DNA of 59,074 bases, counting the filler, from Jimgerdemannia flammicorona (Eukaryota), in NCBI GenBank assembly GCA_003990765.1. It is 2 parts of 2 records of this genome, joined end to end, with 100 filler letters (N's around TTAATTAATTAA, not from the genome) between each part and the next. Parts side by side here need not be neighbours in the genome. Positions count along the whole stretch, not along the records: positions 1 to 29,497 come from RBNJ01000496.1; 1 more part is not named here. One strand, 5' to 3'. The notes beneath the pieces are model-generated. The model was not told the origin of the DNA, made no database searches, and saw only the letters and a program-made list of their open reading frames with translations. Of the stretch, positions 12,970 to 23,805 are shown piece by piece. Numbering within the stretch: the first letter of the stretch is position 1; each line of letters begins with the position of its first letter. The position numbers and the translations under genes were made by a program.

Positions 12970-13308
12970 TCATTGGTCCAGTCTGAAAAATTTGCTGATC
13001 CTATAATCTCTAGCAGGAAGTCAAAAAGTGATATTTATAGACTGATATCTTTCTTATATATTTTGACATGATGGTGAAGAGTTACTCCCTTCATATAGAG
13101 TAAGGGCCTGATTCTGATCTTGACCAATCAGTTGATAGTTCAAACTTCTCTAGTTTCGAAAGTCTCATAAATGAGTAGTTACTAGTGCCATATCTCTTAG
13201 AGAATGGTCCAGACAGATTGTCTGCTGATCATGAGACATACTGTTATAATTTGTAGACTAGAACCTTATGTATGGTTATTATGTTTTGCTTCTCTTATAT
13301 AGGTTCAT
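12970..13308 (-). pseudogene. Putative accessory ORF3 of Gypsy B (113 codons, unknown)
   Basis: The ATG overlaps the integrase end at the same position as in family A. All internal stops are revertible to Q/R/W codons, and the frame fills the integrase-PPT interval. Confidence 0.5.
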
Positions 13309-14495
13309 AGTACTTTTTGAGTCTGTTTCTATATACTGTGGTAAGCAGTATATATAGTCTTTGAGAGTTTTCTAAGCTAAAAGGTAGTTCTCTTGATATC
13401 TTATAAATAGAAGGGTCCTTCCCATTTGGGCTCCAGTTTTCATGACCATGAGACTTCTATCATATTTTGATATAGTAAGACCTTTTCTCTGATTTGGATG
13501 AGTTCTAGGATCTTGTAATTCTTTTCTGCATTCTTTCTTATCAGTACTTGTGATTTGATGATATAATCTTCAGCCTTCTTCTTGATTTAGTATAGTCTTC
13601 AGATTTCTGAGTCAATCTATCTCTATATTAGATCTATATTTGTAGCTAAGGTTCCATCAGAATCTTCTTCAATAAAGAGCAGTTCTCTTGGAGTAAAGTG
13701 TATACTCTATAACTATATATCTTGTAGAATAGAGAGGACAGTTGAGAGGTAGTTATCCCAATTGTCATATATGTCTGAGATCTTTACTAGGATATTCTTG
13801 AGGGTCTTATTGATTCTTTCTATCTGTCCATTTCTTTGAGGGTGATATGTGGTGGTCTTGATATACTGAATCTTATATTTCTGATATATTATCTCATAAA
13901 ATCTATTGACAAACTCTATACTGCAGTCTGTGATAATTTGCCTTAGTGTCTTATAGTAGTAGATGATTTCTTAGTACAGGAAGTTAGCTATAGAGAGAGT
14001 ATTAACTTCTTGTAATACTCCTGCTTCTATCTATTTGATAAAGAAATCTACAATAACTATAATATAGTAGTTTCCTGATAATGTTACTGATAGTGGTCCA
14101 ATAATATCCATTACAATATAGTGGAAGAGGATAGGCTCAATTCTTGATAACTCAGGTATCTGGTCTTACTGATCTTATTTCTGTTTTTGGTACTTATCAT
14201 ACTCATTGACAAATTAGTATAAGTCTTCTTCCATCTTAGGTCACCATATAGTTCTTTTTACTTTGTTATATATATTGATTTCTCTTAGGTATCCTTGTTC
14301 ATATACTTTCTTCATTACTTGATACTTCTTATATTCAGATATTATAAGCTTTCCTCCTTTTCTGAGTATAATATTGTCTAGTTCAAATCATTTCCAAGTC
14401 TAGTTAATGATAGTAATAGTCCAGGGTTTGAGGTGGTTAGATATTTTCTGCTGCTCAAGATAGCTGATTAATCCATAGTATAGCTCCTTATTTAT
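13295..14495 (-). pseudogene. Integrase pseudogene of Gypsy B in a separate frame
   Basis: (M/I)NKELYYGLISYLEQQK, TTYHPQRNGQIERINKTLK, KLEPKWEGPF and NRLKKYYEPI*. Confidence 0.85.
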
Positions 14496-16472
14496 GTTGA
14501 ATAGTCTTGATGGGAGTATTTTGAGGTATCCTTGAGAGTATATCAGTATTGACATTAGTTCTTTCTGAATAGTGTTTGACAGTACAGTTATACTCTTGTA
14601 GTCTGTAGATTTATCTGACATATATTCCTTTAGAGTTCAGAGTGTGGAATAGCCAGACAAGAGTGAAATAGTCTATTTGAATAGTAAAGTATTTCTTGGC
14701 TAAGTAGTAGTAGAACTTATCTACTGTCCAAACTACTGCTAAGCATTCAAGCTTGCATGACTCATAGTTCTGTTCTGCTCTATGGATACCTTGGCTTATG
14801 TAGAAGATGACCTATTCATATCTATCTTTCTTCTGAGCTAAGACTGCTCCAAGTCCTATAGTACTTATATCTGTCTGCAGAATGAACTCTAGGTTCTAAT
14901 CTGGTCTTCTGAGAATGGGTGCTTGGATCAATTTAGTCTTAAGTTTATTAAAGGTTTCTTGATATTTCTTGGTCCATTCAAATTTAGTCTCCTTCTTTAG
15001 TAGCTCATAGATATGTAAGTGCTATAATATTAGAGTATTCTTTGATAAATCTTCTATAGTAAGAGGCCAGTCCAAGGAAGACATAGACTTCTATAGTTGT
15101 TCTGGGTCTTAGATAGACTACAATAGTCTCAATCTTCATAGGGTCTGTCTGAATTCCAGTCTGGTTGATAATGTGTCCTAGGTAGGTGATTTTCTGAGCT
15201 ACAAACTTGTACTTCTTGGGCTTAATATAGAGACCATACTTCTTGAGCTTCTTGAGAGCTAGCTGTATATGGTTGATATATTCTCATACAGTGATACTGA
15301 AGATGATCACATCATAAACATAGACAAAGAGCCATTTTCCAATCTCATTGCTGAAGACTCTGTTCATTATTTACTGAAAACTTACTAGAATATTGTATAT
15401 TCCAAATGGTATTTATAGGTAGATATAGGTGGCATCAGGTGTGATGAAGACTGATTTCTTACTGGTATCTTAAGTGAGACCAATCTGATAGAAGCCTGAA
15501 AACAGATCTAAGGTAGTATAGTATTTGGCTTTACTTCCAAGAGTGATAAGAATTTCTTAAATATTTGACAAGGGCTGCCTATCCTTCTTGGTAATTATAT
15601 TGAGCTTTCTGTAATTAATATAGAGTTTTGGAGCAAACTCTCCAGGTTTGCTTCTTTTCTTTGGAGTAAGGACAATGAGTGAAGCCCAGGGGCTGATAGC
15701 TTGCTTGATGATTCCAGCTTCTTTCATTTCTTTGAGTTCTACTCACAGCCATTCTCTGTAGGCAGGTGGTATAGGTCTGGCTTTCTGATAGATAGGCTTG
15801 ATATTACTGGTATCAACTTCATAATAATACTTAGGTTCTTAATTATGGATGTCTCTGAAGTCTGTGGCAAGTACTCCTTCATTCTGATACAGGATCTTGA
15901 GAAGTTGTTCTTCTAGAAGAAAGTTTTCTCCAATGATATATATGTATTTATTCTGGTCCTTATCTTTCTTATACTCAAGTTCAGTAATCTTAGTAGCAAT
16001 ATAGGCTCCTCTTCCAGTAGATCTAAAGTCTTATTCTTCTCTCTTAGTCTTGATGAGTTTGATGACTTCAGTGATCTTGGACTTCTTGACTTCATAGATC
16101 AGTATCTGGCCAATCCTATTATGCTTCTTGATTTCAAATGGGGTGGTAGAGTTGTAATTTCTGACTATAAGAAAGATCTTACCAGTATAATCAGGGTCAA
16201 ATACTCCTTCTTCAACTGAGATTTTGCTTTTGACCAAACTGCTCCTGGTTTTGATAATTCCAGCATAGTTCTATGGCAACTTGACTTCAATTCCAGTACT
16301 AAGTAGAGTAATAGTCTGTGGTTTAAAGATAGTATTTTGAATACTGGCAAGATCTATTCCTATGGCTCCTTTAGTCTTATATTCTGGAATCTTGGCTTTA
16401 GGATAAAACTTCTTAATCTTGAGAGTGATGTCTGGTTCTTATTCCTCCTCATCATCACTATCAGCTTGAAGC
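14488..16472 (-). pseudogene. dUTPase-RT-RNase H portion of Gypsy B pol
   Basis: dUTPase at about 16010-16430, SPWASLIVLTPKKRSKPGEFAPKL, a YVYD catalytic remnant and FILQTD. Confidence 0.9.
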
Positions 16473-17515
16473 TCTAGAAAAATACAAAAACAGCAAGCTT
16501 ATATACAGATTATATAAGAGACCATATAGTATCAAGCAAGCAGTATAGTTATAGAATAAAAGAATTGATAAACATCTTCTTAACAATGGATTCATATTAC
16601 AAAACAGATAATTGTATATATATCTAGTATTATGATGATGACATAGTATTCATTAGTATATGAATTGATGATATAATTATTATTACCAGTAAGAATAGGC
16701 TTAATAGAGTCAAAGAAGCCCTACATTGAGAATTTAAGATAACTGATATAAGTGACATATCCTTTCTTTTAGGGATATCAATTATATATGATAGAAATAT
16801 ATATACTATATATCTCTTACAAGAAACTTATGCCAAAACTATCCTTGAACATTTCAATATAAGTGAATACAAACCTGTCAGCACTCCTATAGATACATAT
16901 TTCTATGAAGTTAAGAAAGCCAAATACTATACTCAAGAATGATAATAATATACCCAATATTCTCTATCAGTAAGCAGTTAGTTTTCTTATATATCTAATA
17001 CTTAAAATGAGGTCTGATATATCCTATACTATTAATAAGATAGTACAGTATTCCTCTTGTTATAATAATTTATATTAGAGTACTATTAAGAGGATTTTCT
17101 GATACTTAAAGGAATCAGCACACTATATACTTATATTAAGTAGTAGTAATATTAGATTAAGTAGGAACAATGGCAAGAGCAATAGTATCTAGCTATCTGA
17201 TATATATGATACTAATTGGGCTAGAGACTTGGATGACTACTGGTCTACAACTGGATACCTCTTTCACATTAGTAAAAATGACAAAGAGTCTATCATTTTA
17301 TGACAAATATATAAGCAGAGTTCTGTGGTAACAATATTAATATAAGTAGAATACCAGGTATTATCATTAGTAATAAAGAAAGCTATTTGGCTTTATAAAC
17401 TATTAAAGAAACTCAAATTCACTCAAGAGAGCACTACACTATACCAGGATAATTAGTCTATAATTGCACTTACTAAGAATTCAGTACACTATAGCAGAAT
17501 GAAACATATTAATAT
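16473..17515 (+). mobile_element. Ty1/Copia RT-RNase H remnant (5'-truncated), left of the Gypsy A2 insertion
   Basis: IYRLYKRPYSIKQA..NKRIDKHLLNNGF, YDTNWARDLDDYWSTTGYLF, YQDN*SIIAL and MKHIN. Confidence 0.9.
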
Positions 17516-18010
17516 TGTGATAGTCAATCTGAATTAGTAACATGAATCAGGGGAATTAGACATTTGATCGTGGTACCTAAATCCAACTCCCAATATAGCT
17601 TAGCCTTACAAATAAGCAGTTATATTTTACAAGTGTAGAAACTTTAATACTTGTAGAAACTTTGGCAATTGTAGAAATTCTACAGATGTAAATCCTTCAT
17701 GATTGTAAAGATTCTAGCAGATGTAGAATTTGCACTTGCTGACTCATAGAAAACATAGTCATAACTTAGCCACCTTATAACTAGCAAAACTTATATAAAT
17801 AACCCAGTATCTTAGAGTGAATAAATCTCAGATCAAAATAGTTCAAAGCAAAGAGATAGCAAAGGAACTAGTAAGCCTGCAGGCAGATACACTTTGAACT
17901 CACCCACCCTCCCCTGCAACTTCAAGAGACTCTGCGAGAGTCAGAACAGTCAAGTTTTCAAGATACAGAAATCCAACGTACTTTCAAGAGTAAGCATCTG
18001 CTACATTACA
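17516..18010 (+). repeat. 5' LTR of A2
   Basis: TGTGA...TTACA, direct repeat of 24997-25491, with about 21-bp TGTAGAAA subrepeats and TATATAAAT near 17792. Confidence 0.96.
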
Positions 18011-18013
18011 ACT

Positions 18014-18035
18014 TGGTACCCATTGGCTGGTGATT
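18014..18035 (+). promoter_or_regulatory. Putative primer-binding site
   Basis: TGGTACCCATTGGCTGGTGATT, 3 nt after the LTR. The same motif occurs at 42585, at 59053 and on the minus strand at about 28635-28656. Confidence 0.8.
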
Positions 18036-18130
18036 CAAGACAAATCTCTCACTTTCAAGCTGAACAACAAACAACTGCCACTACCTGAACAACTATACAA
18101 ACTGAGCCCCAATACCCAGATAAGATAGAT

Positions 18131-21100
18131 ATGAGACTACCAGTATTCCATAGATATACCTCAGATGAATCAATCATCACCTTCATTGATGATTTCGAGC
18201 AGTATACTGCTGTAAGAACCCTGACAGCAGCACAGCAAGTAGCCCTTATGCCCTTTAGCCTATGAGGCCCTGCAAGAGTAGTATTCACAGCTGTAAACCA
18301 TGTGGGAAATGATGCCGATACTACACTGATAGCATAGAAGACCTGGCTTCGAACCACCTACTATACAGATAAGATCAAGCAAGCTCTGAAGGATCAGCTC
18401 AATACAATATACCAAGGAATGAGTGAAGATCCAAACACATTCTATACCAGAATCTGATATCAAATAATTCTTGTGGATTATGCTGATGCTATTCAAGACC
18501 AAGTAGTCAAAGCAACCTTTATGAAAGGAGTCTACCCAGAGATAGCTATGGCCATCCACTCATTATCAGTAATTCTGAATCTGCCACAGAAGGTCACCTA
18601 TACTCAGCGATACTGGATAGCTAGACATCTACAAGATCATACAATGGAAAGAGTCATGGGAGTCAAAATCGAAGCACCCAAGGCAACCAGTGTGATCTCT
18701 ACCACAATGATCAATCGAAACACACCTCAGCCAAAAGCTACAGAGCAGCAAAAGAACAGTGACCCTATGGAGGAACTTGCCAAAAGGTTTGCCAAAATGA
18801 CTGCCCACCTGGAAGATATAGTAAAGGAAATTCAAGGAAGAGACCACCACCCTGTTCAGAAGTTTGCTGCTACCTCAGATAAGAAGAAAGGCACCTGCTA
18901 TACTTGTGGAGAAGAAGGCCACTACTCATATAAATGTATGAGTGAAACTAAGTACAAGGCCCAACCAAGCAATGCTACTAGAAATAAGGAACAGACCAAC
19001 ACAATCACCTTTGAAGAAATCGGAGAATCTGATGAAGAAGAATGGGAGGCCTATCCTGCTCAGACCATCAAGAAGGATGTTTGCAAAGAACCCTACAAGA
19101 GACTGCCAGGAAGACCCAAGAAGAACCCAGTGAAAAAGCAGATAGAAACTGCCACAGAAAGCCAAGCCAAAGAGATGGACCAAGATATGGAGCTGGAGCA
19201 AGCAGTTCAAGATATCATCCAAGGAACCACTCCAGCCAGTGAAGGAGAAAAAGAAAAGAAGCTTCGCAAGACCAAGACCTTCAAGTATGATATCTTCAAG
19301 GACCTCAGTCAACAAAAGATCAATGCAACCTTTGGTTAGCTTGCAGAAATCTCAATATTCAGACAGCAAATGAGGTTTGGACTTGCCGAAATAACCAAGG
19401 AACAAGGATGGAAGATAACCAAGGCCAACAATATTCAAGAGGACTCAGGAGAAGAAAGTGAGGACAATTGCAAAACCTCTGCTTATGCAACATGCCAAAT
19501 CGAAGATAAAATCTTTGAAGCCATTATTGATACTGGAGCAGGAGGATGTCTCCTCAGCAAGAAGGCAGCAGACTGCCTAGGTTGGGATGTGGAAGAAGCA
19601 ACTAAGCTGGTGTTCATCACAGCCAATGGCACAAGAGCCACACCTCTGGGAAAAATCTGAGATGTTCCTGTCAAGATAGGAGGAGCAACCATCTCAGTAG
19701 ATGTAATTGTAACCAATGCCACCAACTATGATATCCTCATCGGCAATCAATGGCTTCACAAAGCCAAGGCAGTAATCGATCTCAATGCTCAGAAGATGCA
19801 GATCACCTACCAGGGACAGAAGATATGAATTCTCATCAATATCAATAAAGGAGTCCTGCCTGACATGGAGGAAGAAGAGAGTGAGCAAGAGGAAGCTTAT
19901 ATGGTGACTACTCCAAAGAAGAAGAAAGTTAGATGGATGAGTGAAGAAGAATAGTGCAAGAAGATTGTAGAAGATTATGCACCACAAGGAGTCTGTCCTC
20001 ATGGGATCAAGATGTACTATATGGAGCATATCAATGATTGCTATCAGTACACCATTGGAATCAAGAAGACCTATGAGGAAAGAAGACAGAAAGCCCTCAA
20101 GAAACAGGCCAGAGAAGAAGAGAAGGAGGAAGATGACAAACCACCAGCCCTCCTGGAGGATAGTGATGATGAAGAAGAAATCAAGATCAAGATTCGAAAG
20201 ATCCACTCTGATGCAGTCTTGCCAGAATACAAGTCAGAAAGCACAGCCAGAATGGACATTGCTATAGTAGAAGAGACTGTACTGGAACCCCAGACAACTA
20301 CCCTACTTGCAACTGAACTGGAGATGACCATCCCAAAGGATCATGTTGGGATTCTCAAGACAAGAAGCAGCCTGGCTAGAAGTGAAATCACAATCAAAGA
20401 AGGAGTCATCGATTCAGACTATACTGGAGAAATTCTACTCATTGCTAGGAATCACAATCCTACAATCCCATTTCCAGTCAAGAAGAAGGACCAATTGATG
20501 CAAATGTTGATCTTTTTGATCCTACAACCAAAGATCATAGAAGTTAAGAAGCTGGAGGAAACAAAAAGAGGAAAGAAAGGATTTGGATCTATAGGAAGAG
20601 GAGTATTCACCAGTACCAAGATCACCAAACTCGAGCATAAGAAGGAGGAAAACACAAGCAAGCACAGCTACACCATCGGAAATGAATTTCCACTCAAGAA
20701 AGACCTCAAGGAAATACTCTATGAATTTGAAGATATCCTTACCACAGATTTCAAGGATATCAAAGGAAAGACCCCACACTACTATCATAAAGTAGATACT
20801 GGAGACACCAAACCAATTTATCAGAAGGCAAGATCTGTCCCACCAGCCTACTGAGAATGGCTCAGAGAAGAAATCAAGCAGATGGAAGAAGCCAGCATCA
20901 TTAAAGAAGCCAGCAGCCCCTGGTCCTCACCTATTGTACTAGCTCTGAAAAAAGACAGCAAGCCTGGAGAATTCACCCCAAGACTCTGTGTTGACTACAG
21001 AAAGCTCAACATGGTTACCAAGAAGGATCACCAACCACTGCCCCTCATCAATAACATCCTCATAACACTGGGAGATGAAGCACAGTACTACAGCACTTTG

Positions 21101-22117
21101 GACTTATACTCAGGATTCCACCAAATCGGACTCACAGACATGGCAAGTGAAAAGTCAGCTTTCATCACCCTAGATGGAACCTATGTCTACCTATGAATAT
21201 CATTTGGAATGTGCAATGCATCAGCAAGTTTCCAGCGAATGATGAATAAAATCTTCTACTATAAAATCGAAAGATGGATGATGGTCTATGTTGATGATGT
21301 AATTATCTACAGCCAGACACCAGAAGAACACCTGCAGCATATCCGGCAGATAATGGAAAGACTGAGAGAGCATGGCCTATACATCAAGCCCAAGAAATAC
21401 AAATTCACAGAAATTGAGATCTCTTATCTTGGTCACATCATCAACCAAGATGGAATACACATGGACCCTCTCAAGATACAAGCAGTGGCAGCATACCCAA
21501 GACTCACCACTGTTACAGAAGCACAAGTCTTCATAGGACTCACCTCCTATTATTGCAGATTTATTAGAGGATTTTCTAATATTGTGAGACCAATCTATAA
21601 ACTTAACAAGAAGGACACCAAGTTCCAGTGGACTGGCAGACAACAAAAAGCATTTGATGAACTCAAGGTTAGACTGACCCAGGCACCCATCCTCAGAAGA
21701 CCTGACTGGACTCAAGAATTCATCCTACAGACTAATGCAAGTGCACAAGGACTAGGAGCAGTCCTAGCTCAAAAGAAAGATAAAGTGGAGTATGTCATCA
21801 CATACCTCAGCTGTGGAACCTGAGGAGCTGAAAAAGAATATAAATCCTACAAGTTGGAATGCCTTACAGTCATCTGGGCCATAGAAAAGTTCTACTACTA
21901 CTTGGCTGGAAGATACTTCACCATCCAAATGGACCACTCAGCTCTCACCTGGCTACTGACAACTGGACAACCCAAAGGAATCTATGCCAGATAGATAATG
22001 AAGTTACAAGCTTATAATGTAACCATTGTACACTGCTCTGGAAGAACCAATACCAATGTAGATGCCCTCTTACAGATACCCTGAACTACTTCCAACCAAT
22101 AAATCAATCATGAATAA
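18131..22117 (+). pseudogene. gag-protease-dUTPase-RT-RNase H single ORF of A2 (in-frame stops only)
   Basis: ORF pieces at 18473, 19370, 20012, 20882 and 21209 share one frame. Motifs: CYTCGEEGHYSYKC knuckle, IIDTGA, LCVDYRKLN, YVDD, FILQTNAS and DAL. Confidence 0.95.
20180..20596 (+). pseudogene. dut: dUTPase domain between protease and RT
   Basis: Trimeric dUTPase motifs: ARMDI, KTRSSLA, GVIDSDYTGEI, DQLMQMLI and RGKKGFGSIG. Confidence 0.93.
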
Positions 22118-23312
22118 GGAGCTCTACTACAGAATTATCACATACCTGGGACAGCAAAAGATGCCCCAATATCTGGAAGAATGGACACAAATGATTATCA
22201 ATAGAATATGGAAACAATTCAAAACTGACAGAGAAACACTGAAGAAAGGAAAACTACTAGTTATACCAGAACACAAGAAGGAGCAAGCAATGAAATCAGT
22301 ATATGAACTTGGCCATCTAGGAGGAACAAATACTTATGACAAGGCAAGAAGAACAATATGGTGGCCAGAGATGGAGGAAAATATCAGACAATTTGTCAAG
22401 ACCTGTGACAAATACCAGAAACAGAAACAAGACCAACAAAATTGAGTCCCAGGATCAGTACACATAGAACTAGTACCATTCACCCACATTGCAATAGATG
22501 TAATTGACCCTCTACCCTTAACTTTGACTGGCAACTGATATATCATCATCATCATAGACCTTTTTACAAAATAGATAGAAGCAGGACTCCTTATGGAAGC
22601 CAATGCACAGTCAATCGCTGATTTCTTCTACAAAGAAATCATCTGCCGATTCAAGACCCCATTGCAAGTAACCACAGATAGAGGAACAGAATTTGTGAAC
22701 CAGTTCTTTGAAGTTCTCTATAAGAAGTACAAGATTCAGTATATTTGGACCACAGCATATCACCCTCAAGGAAATGGACAAGTAGAAACAACCAACAAGA
22801 CCCTCAAGAATGTTATTGCCAAGATCTGTAATAACTACAAGAACTGAGATCACTATCTACCAATAGCATTATCCACTCTCCGGGATATCCGATCACAAAG
22901 TACCCACTTTATCTCTTGAGAAATACTATTCGAAGAAGAATGTTCTCAGGGAACCCTATCATCCAATGGAGATGCTATATGGAAACACATGGACATAGAA
23001 ATATGAAGACTATACCAAATCAGGAAGAAGGCTGAGGATTACATAACCAAGGCACAGACACTACAATGGAGGAATGCGGAAAAAACCCACAAACCTCTGG
23101 AGATTATCAAGATAGAAGACAAAGTCCTAGTGTATCAGAATATGGTAGAAGCTTCATGGTCACGAAAACTAGAGCCCAAGTGGAAAGGACCTTACCTTGT
23201 GCAAGATATAAAAGGGACCACCTTTTGGCTATGAAAACTCTCAGGCACAATCATCCCCACTACTATCTACTAAAACAGACTCAAGAAGTACCATGACCAG
23301 CCAATAAAGTAA
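22110..23312 (+). pseudogene. Integrase ORF of A2 (401 codons, +1 frame relative to pol)
   Basis: MNKELYY, HLGG..WWP..C, TDRGTEF, HPQGNGQVE and KWKGPY (GPY/F). No chromodomain seen. Confidence 0.92.
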
Positions 23313-23754
23313 CACAGCTGCCCTCAAGATCACCAGTGCCACCCAATGAGCCATAGAGAGATAATGGTATTCTATCAAACTGCTAACAATGGAGGAATCC
23401 TTTGATAGTATACAAAGTATAGTCCAGACCCACCTATCATGAATTTCACACTTCAAAGCCTACTAGACATGAACTGAGTTTCAGAAATACTTTAAGCTAG
23501 GACAACTACTGAATTCAAATTCAAAGATGGGGAAAGAAGACTGGATTAAAGAATGTCAGCTCACCTACATTCAGATCACAATTGCCAAGAGAGTGCACAA
23601 ATTATTCAAAGATGATGAGTCAGCTCTAGCTCATCTTCGAGAAGTAATCCCAGGAGATTTCGGATAGGTTAGGAGACAATATTGGAAGAATGTAATGGTG
23701 CAAATTGCACAGTACAAGGAGATACAGATCGTAGAAGCCTGGGAGTTTGAGTGA
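23293..23754 (+). pseudogene. Accessory ORF3 of Gypsy A (154 codons, unknown function)
   Basis: Fills the integrase-PPT interval. The frame is conserved with copy A1, including synonymous differences. The start is uncertain because codon 5 is TAA in both copies. Confidence 0.75.
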
Positions 23755-23784
23755 ATAGGATACTTCAGGGACGAATTACCTATT

Positions 23785-23795
23785 CAGGAGGAAGA
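23785..23795 (+). promoter_or_regulatory. Polypurine tract of A2
   Basis: CAGGAGGAAGA immediately before the TG of the 3' LTR. Confidence 0.85.
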
Positions 23796-23805
23796 TGTAA
23801 TGGTC

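Larger units (their letters stand above)
6922..16472 (-). mobile_element. Ty3/Gypsy family B (5'-truncated), interrupted by a Penelope-like element
   Basis: The minus strand carries dUTPase (KTRSSL, GVFDPDYTG), RT, RNase H and integrase. A PPT lies at about 12931-12945 and the 3' LTR at 6922-8474 is homologous to 57474-59049. Confidence 0.9.

Noticed and set aside
23293..23754. ORF3 as env or chromodomain
   Set aside because: No hydrophobic signal or transmembrane segment and no chromodomain aromatic-cage motif. It is not fused to integrase.
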